DNA of 64,000 nt from NCBI GenBank assembly GCA_964545855.1, contig CAZJHD010000011.1, positions 41,763 to 105,762 of the forward strand, read 5' to 3'. A program made the position numbers and the translations under genes. Positions 28,064-37,302 of the stretch are shown in pieces. The notes beneath the pieces are model-generated. The model saw only the letters and a program-made list of their open reading frames with translations, did no database searches and was not told the DNA's origin. Every line of letters begins with the position of its first letter. The first letter of the stretch is position 1. Origin of the DNA: an uncultured Planctomycetales bacterium. GTDB lineage: Bacteria > Planctomycetota > UBA1135 > JACQFD01.

Positions 28064-29374
28064 ATGTCCTTGGAATCCAACCGCCCGCACTCCGGGCTCC
28101 AGGAGCAGACTCCACACGCGCTCCGCTTCGCATGCGGCGAGGGCGGGAGCGTCGAAGCGGCGGAGGAGACGGCCGCGCCCTCCGCCGAGCCGGTCCCGAC
28201 GCTCGTCCTCGGGTCGGGAATCACGGCCCTCGGCGTGCTCCGAACGCTCGGGAGGCGCGGCTTCGAGGTCTACGCGCAGTCGAACCCGGGAGACCTCGCG
28301 ATCCATTCGCGCTGGTTCCGGCCGCTGCCGGGGGTCGAGCCGGGCTCCGTCGAGCCCGCGGACCTCGCACGAGCGCTCGCCCGGCTCTCCTTCGAGCGCG
28401 CCGTGGTGATCCCCTGCTCCGACGGCTGGACCGCCGCGGCCTCCGCGCTGCCGAAGGAGGTCGCGCGACGATTCCTCACGAGCCTCGCACCGGCGGACGC
28501 CATCCGCACGCTCCTCGACAAGGGGCTCCTCGCGCAGCTCCTCGTCCGCATCGACGTCCCCGCGCCGCGCACGGTGCTCGTCGAGAGCGAGGCGGACCTC
28601 GCGGGGTTGGACGACTCCGCGTTTCACGACGTCTTCCTGAAGCCGCGGCATTCGCAGGCGTTCCTCGAGCGCTTCCACGTGAAGGCGTTCCGGGTGAACG
28701 GCCGTACCGACGCGATGGCGCGCCTGCGGGAGATCTCCGCGGCTGGGCTCCCCGTCGTGCTGCAGGAGTACGTCCCGGGCCCGCCCTCCTCGCACTACTT
28801 CCTCGACGGCTTCGTCGACCGGTCGGGCCGCGTGCGCGCGCGCTTCGCGCGGCGCCGGCTCCGGATGTTCCCGCCGGACTTCGGCAACAGCACGCTCACG
28901 GTGAGCATCCCCTTCCACGAGGTTGCGCCCGCCATCGACGCGCTGGACCTCGTTCTCGACGCGGTGCGCTTCCGCGGCATCTTCAGCGCCGAGTTCAAGC
29001 GCGACGCTCGCGACGGAGTCCTCCGCCTGTTGGAGGTGAACGTGCGCCCCTGGTGGTACCTCGGCTTCGCCGAGTCCTGCGGCGTGCCCGTCTGCGAGCT
29101 CTATCAGCGCGACGCCCTGGGTCTGCCTCCGCCGGTGGTCCGGCCGTACGTCGTGGGACGCCGCTGCGCCTACCCCTACTTCGACTTCGCCGCCTACCGC
29201 TTCGCGAAGCAGTCGGGCGCGACTCCGCGGCCCCGGCTCGCAGGGGTGCTCCGATCGTGGTGGGGCGCCGACCAGCCGATCTTCGCCTGGGACGACGTCC
29301 GACCCGCCGCCTTCCACTTCGGCTTCCTGACCCGCCGTTTCGTCCGGACGCACCTCCGCCGCGCCCGGCGATGA
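28064..29374 (+). CDS. ATP-grasp domain protein (predicted carboxylate-amine ligase type)
   Basis: I placed the start at the internal ATG at 28064 (MSLESN). The pre-ATP-grasp region reads LVLGSGITALGVLRTLGRRG. The core reads ...FLKPRHSQAF...VVLQEYVPGP...FRGIFSAEFKRDARDGVLRLLEVNVRPW. Confidence 0.65.
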   Translation: MSLESNRPHSGLQEQTPHALRFACGEGGSVEAAEETAAPSAEPVPTLVLGSGITALGVLRTLGRRGFEVYAQSNPGDLAIHSRWFRPLPGVEPGSVEPADLARALARLSFERAVVIPCSDGWTAAASALPKEVARRFLTSLAPADAIRTLLDKGLLAQLLVRIDVPAPRTVLVESEADLAGLDDSAFHDVFLKPRHSQAFLERFHVKAFRVNGRTDAMARLREISAAGLPVVLQEYVPGPPSSHYFLDGFVDRSGRVRARFARRRLRMFPPDFGNSTLTVSIPFHEVAPAIDALDLVLDAVRFRGIFSAEFKRDARDGVLRLLEVNVRPWWYLGFAESCGVPVCELYQRDALGLPPPVVRPYVVGRRCAYPYFDFAAYRFAKQSGATPRPRLAGVLRSWWGADQPIFAWDDVRPAAFHFGFLTRRFVRTHLRRARR

Positions 29375-29431
29375 TTCCGCGGCCGGCGTCACCGAAGCCA
29401 CCACCCCCTCCGCTCCGCTCCGATCCGCACC

Positions 29432-30499
29432 GTGGGCGAACCGCTCTCCGTCTCCTTCCTCGCGGCGCCCGACCACGCCCGGTGGGCCGCCATGGTCGCC
29501 GCGGCGCCCGGAGGAAGCCCCTACGCGACGCCGGAGTACCTGGAGGCTCTGTGCGAGGCGACGGGCGGGACCTATCGCATCCTCTGCGCGGAGCGCGGCG
29601 GCGAGATCCGCGGCGGCGTCGCGCTCTACGAGGAGAGGTCGCGGCTCGGCGCCTTCGTCTCCGACCGGCGGCTCCTCTTCTACAACGGGATCGTGCTGCG
29701 GGCGTCGCCGTCGAAGTACCCCTCGCAGCGGACGGCGCGGAGCACGGAGACGCTCGCGGCCCTCGAGGCGGCCCTCGCGCCGCTGCGCTACGGCAGCCTC
29801 CGTCTGAAGCAGCGGAGCCCCGTCGCCGATCCGCGACCCTTCCAGCGGCGAGGCTGGACGGTCTCGCCGGCCTTCACCTACGTGGTCTCCCTCGGCGACC
29901 TCGCCGCGCAGTGGCAGCGCGTCGAGCAGAACCTGCGCCGGCTCGTCGATCGCTGCGAGCGCGCCGGCGTGCGGCTCACGGAGGACGACGACTTCGAGAG
30001 CTTCTTCCGCATGCACGAGCAGACGCACCTGCGGAAGGGAGCGCCGCTCTATCTGCCACGCGACCGTTTCCGCCGGTGGTTCGAGCGGCTGCGGAGCGCC
30101 GGCCTCGCGCGGCTCTTCCAGGCGCGGCTCCCGGACGGTCGGTCGATCGCGGCGCAGATCGTCCTCGCGGGCGCGCACCCCGTCACGCACACGGTGGCGG
30201 CCGCGGCCGACGCCGAGCACCTCGCGCTCGGGGCGAATGCCTTTCTGCGATGGCGGGTCTTCGAGGCCCTCGCGAAGCTGGGCTACGCCGCGAACGACCT
30301 GACGGACGCGACGCTCGATCCCGTGACCCACTTCAAGAGCCAGCTCGGAGGCGACCTCGAGACCTGCTGGGTCCTCGCGCGGCCCGAGCGTCTTCCCTGG
30401 CGCGTCGGCGCCTGGGCGCTCGAGCGCGCACGGAGCTGGCGCTCGGCCCGCGCGCCGGCCGATGTGCCGGCCCGGGCGTCGGAGAACGGAGAGACATGA
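29432..30499 (+). CDS. FemAB-like / BioF2-like GNAT acyltransferase family protein
   Basis: 355 aa with a GTG start. The overall layout matches FemAB-related, EPS-locus-type proteins: an N-terminal half, then a helical insert and a GNAT-like C-terminal half (...HPVTHTVAAAADAEHLALGANAFLRWRVFEALAKLGY..DL). This call is by resemblance only. Confidence 0.5.
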   Translation: MGEPLSVSFLAAPDHARWAAMVAAAPGGSPYATPEYLEALCEATGGTYRILCAERGGEIRGGVALYEERSRLGAFVSDRRLLFYNGIVLRASPSKYPSQRTARSTETLAALEAALAPLRYGSLRLKQRSPVADPRPFQRRGWTVSPAFTYVVSLGDLAAQWQRVEQNLRRLVDRCERAGVRLTEDDDFESFFRMHEQTHLRKGAPLYLPRDRFRRWFERLRSAGLARLFQARLPDGRSIAAQIVLAGAHPVTHTVAAAADAEHLALGANAFLRWRVFEALAKLGYAANDLTDATLDPVTHFKSQLGGDLETCWVLARPERLPWRVGAWALERARSWRSARAPADVPARASENGET

Positions 30500-32244
30500 G
30501 CACGCCGCGCGTTCCCGGGAGCCAGGTGCTGTGCGCCCACCTCGCACGGCTCGGAGCGCGGTGCGTCTTCGGCGTGCCGGGCACGCAGAACGTGGAGGTC
30601 TTCGAGGCGCTGCGCCGCTCGACGATCCGCACGATCGGCGCGACCCACGAGCTCGCCGCGGCCTTCATGGCGAACGGCTGGGCGCGCGCGACGGGCCGGC
30701 CCGGAGTGGTCGTCACGATCCCCGGTCCCGGCTTCGCGATGACGCTCCCGGCCCTCGCCGAGGCGCGGCTCGATTCCACACCGTTGCTCGTGATCACCGG
30801 AAACCCTGTGGCGCCCGGCGGACGCCGCTTCCAGCTCCAGGAGATCGACCAGCGCGCCCTCTCCGCACCCGTCGCGAAGCAGTTCTTCGCCGTGGAGAAG
30901 GCGATCGAGATCGGACGCACGATCCAGGAGGCGCACGAGGTAGCGCTCCGCGGCGAGCCGGGACCGGTCGTCGTGCAGGTCGCGCGGGCGGCCCTCGCCG
31001 AGCTCGAGGTCGCGCCGCCGGAGCGCGCGGCGGCGCCGCTGCTGACGCCGATCCCGGGCGACTTCGGGAAGTTCGAGGAGGCGTTCGCGGCCCTCGTCGC
31101 GGCGCGGCGCATCGCGCTCCTCGTGGGGCAGGGAGCGTGCGGCGTGGCCGGCGGGGTGCAGCAGATGGCGGAGTGGCTGCAGTCCCCCGTCGTCACGACC
31201 ACGTCCGGCCGCGGAATCCTGCCGGAGGATCATCCGCTCGCGTTCCCGCTCGACCTGGTCGGCGACCGCTTCGACGACCTGAACGAGCTGCTGGGCTCCT
31301 GCGACCGCATCCTCGCCATCGGGTGCAAGCTCGGTCACAACGGCACCGGCGGCTACCGGCTCCAGCTCGCGCCGGAGAAGCTGCTCCACGTCGACGCCGC
31401 CGATCACGTGCTGGAGGCGAACTACCCGGCCTCCCTCGCCATTCGCGGCGACGCCGTCGAGTTCGTCCGCTTCTGCCTCCGTCGCCGCGACGACGCGCCG
31501 GAGCGGGCGCTCGCGTGGAACCTGGGCGAGCTCCAGCGCTGGCAGGATCGTCTGCGGAGCACCTCGGGATCGCCGGATGCCCTCGAGCCCCGCTTCCCCG
31601 ACTTCTCCCCGCCGACGGCCGCCTCCTTCTTCGGCGCGCTGCGCCGCGCGCTGCCGAAGGAGGGCGTCCTCGTGACCGACTCGGGGCTGCACCAGCTGCT
31701 CGCGCGCAAGCACTTCACGGTCCTCGGCGCGCGGACGTTCCTCGTGCCGACCGACTTCCAGTCGATGGGGTTCGGCATCCCCGCCGCCGCCGGAGCCAAG
31801 CTCGCGCAGCCGGAGCGGCCCGTCGTCGCGCTGATCGGCGACGGCGGTTTCGCGATGACGGGCCTCGAGCTCCTGGCCCTCGTCCGGGAGCGCGTCCCGA
31901 TCACCGTCGTGGTCCTGAACGACGGCCAGCTCGGTCTGATCCGATTGAAGCAGCTCGCCGAGTACGGCATTCCCTTCGCGACCGATCTCCACAACCCCGA
32001 CTTCGAGAAGCTGGCGGAGTCGATCGGCGTCTCCTACGACCGCATCGACGGAGACGGCGAAGCGACGCTCCGCCGCGCGATCGGGTCCGGCAAGCCCGGG
32101 ATCGTCGAGGTGCGCGTCTCCGATTCCCTCGACATGCACAAGATCCGAGCCAAGGGCCTCGCCCGCGACACGGCCGAGCGCGTCCTCGGGCCCCAGGGCC
32201 TCGAGTGGCTGAGGGACCGCGCCCGGCGCTTCGGCATCGGCTGA
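30496..32244 (+). CDS. thiamine-diphosphate-dependent enzyme (acetolactate synthase-like family)
   Basis: These are the last 582 codons of track ORF 27403..32244. The ATG at 30496 forms an ATGA overlap with the upstream stop. The N-terminal PYR domain reads GVPGTQNVEVFEAL...THELAAAFMANGWARATGRPGVVV.IPGPG. The C-terminal ThDP-binding motif reads GDGGFAMTGLELLALVRERVPITVVVLNDG. Confidence 0.85.
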   Translation: MSTPRVPGSQVLCAHLARLGARCVFGVPGTQNVEVFEALRRSTIRTIGATHELAAAFMANGWARATGRPGVVVTIPGPGFAMTLPALAEARLDSTPLLVITGNPVAPGGRRFQLQEIDQRALSAPVAKQFFAVEKAIEIGRTIQEAHEVALRGEPGPVVVQVARAALAELEVAPPERAAAPLLTPIPGDFGKFEEAFAALVAARRIALLVGQGACGVAGGVQQMAEWLQSPVVTTTSGRGILPEDHPLAFPLDLVGDRFDDLNELLGSCDRILAIGCKLGHNGTGGYRLQLAPEKLLHVDAADHVLEANYPASLAIRGDAVEFVRFCLRRRDDAPERALAWNLGELQRWQDRLRSTSGSPDALEPRFPDFSPPTAASFFGALRRALPKEGVLVTDSGLHQLLARKHFTVLGARTFLVPTDFQSMGFGIPAAAGAKLAQPERPVVALIGDGGFAMTGLELLALVRERVPITVVVLNDGQLGLIRLKQLAEYGIPFATDLHNPDFEKLAESIGVSYDRIDGDGEATLRRAIGSGKPGIVEVRVSDSLDMHKIRAKGLARDTAERVLGPQGLEWLRDRARRFGIG

Positions 32245-32283
32245 TGGCGCGGGGACCGGCGGCGCCCGAGGCCGCGGTGTTGG

Positions 32284-32769
32284 CTGCCCGTGGTTGAGAG
32301 TCTCCGCAGAGCGAGCGCGAGGCAGCGGCGCACAGCGCGAGGCGCGCGCCGCAGACGTAGCGGGAGGTTACGGTGAGGACGCGCAACGACGCGATGGGCG
32401 TCGGGGCCCGCGCGCAGCTCGGATGACTTCTGCCACGGGCAGTGGACTGCCCGTGGCGGAAGGGCTCCGCAGAGCGAGCGCGAGGCAGCGGCGCACAGCG
32501 CGAGGCGCGCGCCGCAGACGTAGCGGGAGGTTACGGTGAGGACGCGCAACGACGCGATGGGCGTCGGGGCCCGCGCGCAGCTCGGATGACTTCTGCCACG
32601 GGCAGTGGACTGCCCGTGGCGGAAGGGCTCCGCAGAGCGAGCGCGAGGCAGCGGCGCACAGCGCGAGGCGCGCGCCGCAGACGTAGCGGGAGGTTACGGT
32701 GAGGACGCGCAACGACGCGATGGGCGTCGGGGCCCGCGCGCAGCTCGGATGACTTCTGCCACGGGCAGT
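32284..32769. repeat. tandem array of about 3 copies of a 163-nt non-coding unit with 16-nt terminal inverted repeats
   Basis: CTGCCCGTGG recurs at 32284, 32447 and 32610, a period of exactly 163. Copies 2 and 3 are identical. Copy 1 differs only in an 8-nt patch. Unit junctions form the hairpin CTTCTGCCACGGGCAG-TGGA-CTGCCCGTGGCGGAAG at 32427-32462 and 32590-32625. Confidence 0.95.
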
Positions 32770-32817
32770 TACACTCCGCGGCTTTCTCCCTGACTCCAAG
32801 CCGCTCCGAACCCTCCC

Positions 32818-34617
32818 TTGGCCGACTCCTCGATCCGCAACTTCTGCATCGTTGCGCACATCGACCACGGCAAGTCCACGCTCGCCGACCGGTTCCTGGA
32901 ACTCACGGGCACGATCGAGAAGCGGGAGATGCGGGAGCAGACGCTCGACGGCATGGACCTCGAGCGGGAGCGCGGCATCACGATCAAGGCGAAGGCCGTG
33001 GCGATGCGCTATCGCCACGAGGGCGTCGAGTACCGCCTGAACATGATCGACACGCCGGGGCACGTCGACTTCGCCTACGAGGTGATGAAGAGCCTCCAGG
33101 CCTGCGAGGGAGCGCTCCTCCTAGTCGACTCCTCCCAGGGCGTCGAGGCCCAGACGGTCGCGAACGCGCACCTCGCCATGAACGCCGGGCTCACGATCAT
33201 CCCGGTCCAGAACAAGATCGATCTGCCCCACGCGCACCCGGACGAGGTCGACCAGGAGATCGAGAACTCCCTCGCCCTCCCTCGGGAGGACTGCATCCGG
33301 GTCTCCGCGAAGACGGGAGAGAACGTCGAGCAGATCCTCCACGCGATCATCGAGAGGATCGCGCCGCCCGAGGGCGACGCCGAGAAGCCGCTCCGGGCCC
33401 TCGTCTTCGACTCCGTCTACGACGACTACGTCGGCGTGATCGTCTACCTGAGGCTCGTCGACGGCCGCATCCGCAAGCGCGATCGGATCGTCATGCTCGG
33501 GACGGGCCGCGGCTACGAGGTCCTCGAAGTGGGCGTCTTCCGCCCCAAGAAGCAGCCCGTGGAGGGGCTCGAGGCGGGCGAGGTGGGCTACGTCGTCGCC
33601 GGCATCAAGCGACTCCAGGACGTCCGCATCGGCGACACGGTCACCGCCGACAAGGGAGAGCGCGCCGAGCTGCTCCCGGGCTACGTGGAGCCGAAGCCGA
33701 TGGTCTTCTGCGGGCTCTACCCGACGAACCACGCCGACTACGAGGCCCTCCGCGAAGCGCTCGACAAGCTCGCGCTCAACGACGCGTCCTTCACCTACGA
33801 GCCGGAGACCTCCGAGGCCCTCGGCTTCGGCTTCCGCTGCGGGTTCCTCGGTCTGCTCCACATGGACGTGGTGCAGGAGCGCATCGAGCGCGAGAGCAAC
33901 ATCGACATCATCACGACGGCTCCGTCGGTGGGCTACGAAGTGCTCATGAACGACGGATCGGCGCGGCGCATCCGGAGCGCCGCCGAGGTGCCCGATCCCT
34001 CCACCTTCGACGAGTTCCGGGAGCCGATCGTCCACCTCTCGCTCCTCGTCCCGACGGAGTCGATCGGCCCGATGATGAGCCTCTGCATCGAGCGTCGCGG
34101 GACGTACGTGAAGACCGACTACCTCTCGCCGACGCGCGCCCTCCTCGTGTTCGACGTCCCCCTCGGCGAGATCCTCTTCGACTTCTACGACAAGCTGAAG
34201 AGCGCCACGCGCGGCTACGGAACGATGGACTACGAGTTCGCCGGGTACCGGACCGCCGACCTCGTGAAGTGCCGCATCCTCGTCGGCGGATCCGAGGTGG
34301 ACGCCCTGTCGACGATCGTCGAGCGCGGCCAGGCCGAGCGCCGTGGCCGCGCGGTCCTGCTGAAGCTCCGCAAGGAGATCCCGCGCCACCTCTTCGAGGT
34401 CGTGCTCCAGGCGGCGATCGGCGGCAAGGTCGTCGCGCGGGAGTCGATCCGCGCCCTCTCGAAGAACGTGATCTCGAAGTGCTACGGCGGCGACATCACG
34501 CGCAAGCGCAAGCTCCTGGAGAAGCAGAAGGAGGGGAAGAAGCGCATGAAGTCGGTCGGGAACGTGGAGATCCCCCAGAAGGCGTTCCTCGCCGTGCTCA
34601 AGACGGGCGACGAATGA
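32818..34617 (+). CDS. lepA: translation elongation factor 4
   Basis: 599 aa with a TTG start. The sequence reads IRNFCIVAHIDHGKSTLADRFLELTG, DLERERGITIKA, IDTPGHVDF, NKID, and it has the LepA-specific C-terminal domain. Confidence 0.95.
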   Translation: MADSSIRNFCIVAHIDHGKSTLADRFLELTGTIEKREMREQTLDGMDLERERGITIKAKAVAMRYRHEGVEYRLNMIDTPGHVDFAYEVMKSLQACEGALLLVDSSQGVEAQTVANAHLAMNAGLTIIPVQNKIDLPHAHPDEVDQEIENSLALPREDCIRVSAKTGENVEQILHAIIERIAPPEGDAEKPLRALVFDSVYDDYVGVIVYLRLVDGRIRKRDRIVMLGTGRGYEVLEVGVFRPKKQPVEGLEAGEVGYVVAGIKRLQDVRIGDTVTADKGERAELLPGYVEPKPMVFCGLYPTNHADYEALREALDKLALNDASFTYEPETSEALGFGFRCGFLGLLHMDVVQERIERESNIDIITTAPSVGYEVLMNDGSARRIRSAAEVPDPSTFDEFREPIVHLSLLVPTESIGPMMSLCIERRGTYVKTDYLSPTRALLVFDVPLGEILFDFYDKLKSATRGYGTMDYEFAGYRTADLVKCRILVGGSEVDALSTIVERGQAERRGRAVLLKLRKEIPRHLFEVVLQAAIGGKVVARESIRALSKNVISKCYGGDITRKRKLLEKQKEGKKRMKSVGNVEIPQKAFLAVLKTGDE

Positions 34618-36062
34618 GCGCCGCCAAGTCCGCTCCGGCCGACGTGCCGCGCCATCCATGGCGCGAGAACCTGGAGACCGCGGCCGTCGCGATCGTGATG
34701 GCGCTGGTGCTCAAGTACTTCACCCTGGAGGCGTTCCAGATCCCGACGGGCTCGATGCAGCCGACGCTCATGGGCCTCGACGCGACGCGAGGGAACGCGG
34801 GCGGCTCCGGGGTCCGCGTCTTCGACCGCATCCTCGTCGACAAGCTCGTGCCCTTCTTCCGCGACCCCGAGCGCTGGGAGGTGTGGGTGTTCCTGTTCCC
34901 CCTGGACCGGTCGAACCGCTACATCAAGCGCGTCGTCGGCATGCCGGGCGAGGAGCTCAAGGTCGCCTTCGGCGACCTCTTCGTGCGGCGCACGCCGCAG
35001 GAGGAGTGGAAGATCCTGCGGAAGCCGCGGCACGTGCAGGACGCTGCGTGGCGCGAAGTCTGGCGCAGCGACCAGGGCGAGCGGATCGGCGACTACTTCG
35101 ACCTGACGGGCTTCGTGGAGAAGGACGGCCAGGCCGTGGGATCGGGCGCCGCGACCGCGTCGTCGCGGCGGCAGATCCTCGACGGATACACGGACGGCTA
35201 CCCGGACGCGCTCCGCGCGGCGCTCCGCGAGTCGGGCCGGATCGTGCACGGGCAGTCGTCGGTGCGCGATCTGCGGCTCCGCATGGACGTGCGGCCCGAT
35301 GCGCAGCACCGGCTCCTCACGCTCCTCCTCGACTGGAGCGGCGACCAGCTCCGGGCCGAGGTCTCCGGTCCCTCCGGCGACGGCAAGGTGCGCCTCCTGT
35401 TGAACGACCGGCCCCTCGCCGAGGGAACGGCGCGGCTACGGCTCGATCGCGCGAACTCCGTCGTCTTCGAGCGCGCCGACGAGACGGCGCGGCTGCTGGT
35501 GAACGGCGAGGAGGTGGCGCGGCAGGAGTTCACGAGCTCCACGCGGCCCGAGCAGGCGACCATGGGCATCCAGCCGCCCAATCGCGTGAAGTTCGAGACC
35601 GAGGGCGGGACGCTGCGTCTGGAGCACGTCGGCGTCGATCGCGACAACCACTACACCAATCGCATCGGCAACCAGGAGTTCTGGTCCGTCTCGATCCCGG
35701 AGAACGAGTACTTCATGATGGGAGACAACTCCTCGGACAGCGCCGATGGCCGTGCGTGGATGAGCGTGTCCGTGGATCTCGCGACTCCCGTCGACGGCAA
35801 GAGGAAGCTCGAGGGCGGCACGATGACCTCCGGCGAGCACGCGGGCCCCAACCCTCGCTTCGCACGCACGGCGCGCAACGGTGCGACGGAGATGATCTTC
35901 CGCGACGAGTGGGGCGAGGAATACCGCTACACGCAGGGCGCGGCGAGCGCACCGTCGGCGCAGCACACCGTTCCTCGCGATCATTTCCTCGGACGCGCGA
36001 TCTTCGTGTTCTGGCCGTTCCCTCCGCTCGCTCCCGTCGCGCGGTTCAAGGCCGTCCACTGA
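34614..36062 (+). CDS. lepB: signal peptidase I (long form)
   Basis: 482 codons from the ATG at 34614, an ATGA overlap with the lepA stop. It has a TM anchor, the catalytic Ser box IPTGSMQPTL, the Lys box YIKRVVGMPGE, and MMGDNSSDSADGR. The upstream part of track ORF 34269..36062 overlaps lepA, so I rejected it. Confidence 0.88.
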   Translation: MSAAKSAPADVPRHPWRENLETAAVAIVMALVLKYFTLEAFQIPTGSMQPTLMGLDATRGNAGGSGVRVFDRILVDKLVPFFRDPERWEVWVFLFPLDRSNRYIKRVVGMPGEELKVAFGDLFVRRTPQEEWKILRKPRHVQDAAWREVWRSDQGERIGDYFDLTGFVEKDGQAVGSGAATASSRRQILDGYTDGYPDALRAALRESGRIVHGQSSVRDLRLRMDVRPDAQHRLLTLLLDWSGDQLRAEVSGPSGDGKVRLLLNDRPLAEGTARLRLDRANSVVFERADETARLLVNGEEVARQEFTSSTRPEQATMGIQPPNRVKFETEGGTLRLEHVGVDRDNHYTNRIGNQEFWSVSIPENEYFMMGDNSSDSADGRAWMSVSVDLATPVDGKRKLEGGTMTSGEHAGPNPRFARTARNGATEMIFRDEWGEEYRYTQGAASAPSAQHTVPRDHFLGRAIFVFWPFPPLAPVARFKAVH

Positions 36063-36385
36063 CCGCGCGATGGATCCGCGCACGATGAAGGCCCCGGTGT
36101 CGAATCCATTCCTTTTCCACAGGCTTCCCAAGGGCTTGCGGCGAGCAACGGGGAGCGGTCCCGAGGGGGAGTCCGGCGCGGTGTCTCGAAGGATGCCAGC
36201 TCTCCACAGCGCTCCACGGACTTCGAACAGGTCGCAAGTGAATCATTCGAAACGAGTTGCGGGCCGCTCGCAGGGCGCTTCCCAGGGAGGCCTCCGAGAG
36301 GGCGGAATCGTCGAAAACTCCGCGGCGCTCCGCGGCGCGCGCCCCCCCTCCCTCGGGACGCGCTGAGTTCACAATCTCTCCACAC

Positions 36386-37120
36386 GTGGACCCGATCCTC
36401 CAGGTCGAAGGACTTCGAAAGGTCTACCGGTCCCGAGCGGTCGTCGACGGAGTTGCTTTCACCGTCCAGCTCGGCGAGATCGTGGGACTCCTCGGACCGA
36501 ACGGCGCCGGCAAGACGACTTCGTTCCGGATGACCGTCGGGATGATCGCGCCGACGGCGGGCCGCGTCTGGTTCGATCGCCAGGACGTCACCTGGCTCCC
36601 CATGTTCCGGCGTGCGCGCCTCGGCATGGGATACCTCGCGCAGGAGCCTTCGGTTTTCCGTCGTCTCTCCGTCGAGGACAACGTGCGCGCGATCCTCGAG
36701 ACGATGGGGATCCGCCGCGCGGAACGAAGGCGGAAGTTGGAGGCGGTGCTGGAGCAGCTCGGCCTCCTCAAGGTCCGAAAGAGCCTCGCCGACACGCTCT
36801 CCGGCGGCGAGCGGCGCCGTCTCGAGGTGGCCCGCGCGCTCGCTCGGGATCCGAAGCTCCTCCTGCTCGACGAGCCCTTCGCCGGCGTCGATCCGATCGC
36901 CGTCCAGGACATCCAGGCGATCCTCCGGGAGCTCCGCGGACAGGGCATCGCCGTGCTGCTCACCGATCACAACGTCCGCGAGACGCTCACGATCACCGAC
37001 CGCTCCTACATCCTCGCCGACGGGAAGATCCTCCGGCACGGCAACGCGCGCGACCTCGTCACCGATCCGCACGTCCGGCGCGTGTACCTCGGAGAGTCGT
37101 TCGAGATGAAGACGCCCTGA
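36386..37120 (+). CDS. lptB: LPS export ABC transporter ATP-binding protein
   Basis: I placed the start at the GTG at 36386 (VDPILQVEGLRKVY). Motifs: Walker A GPNGAGKTT, GMGYLAQEPSVFRRLSVEDN, signature LSGGERRRLEVARAL, Walker B LLLDEPFAGVDP, and the LptB-type C-terminus VRRVYLGE. Confidence 0.88.
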   Translation: MDPILQVEGLRKVYRSRAVVDGVAFTVQLGEIVGLLGPNGAGKTTSFRMTVGMIAPTAGRVWFDRQDVTWLPMFRRARLGMGYLAQEPSVFRRLSVEDNVRAILETMGIRRAERRRKLEAVLEQLGLLKVRKSLADTLSGGERRRLEVARALARDPKLLLLDEPFAGVDPIAVQDIQAILRELRGQGIAVLLTDHNVRETLTITDRSYILADGKILRHGNARDLVTDPHVRRVYLGESFEMKTP

Positions 37121-37302
37121 CGGCCCTCGCCGGGAGTCCTCCCCGCTGCGTGCGCGCGGCGGAGGTTCCCCGCGCCGCGCGCCGCCAGTAGACTCGTCGC
37201 CCCTTTTTCGCGCCGAGCCCGCAGGTCCTCGGGACCCGCGCGAGGAGACTGCGGTCTCCTCTCGGCGGTATCCCCCTTTCCCACATCCCTTTCTTCTTGC
37301 CC

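Noticed and set aside
32294-32793. ORFs inside the 163-nt tandem array: 32294..32539, 32442..32702 and 32605..32793 on the plus strand, and 32368..33063 and 32034..32549 on the minus strand.
   Set aside because: The period of 163 is not a multiple of 3, so each copy would be read in a different frame. The peptides are Arg-rich, and their starts fall inside the junction hairpin. I treated the array as non-coding.
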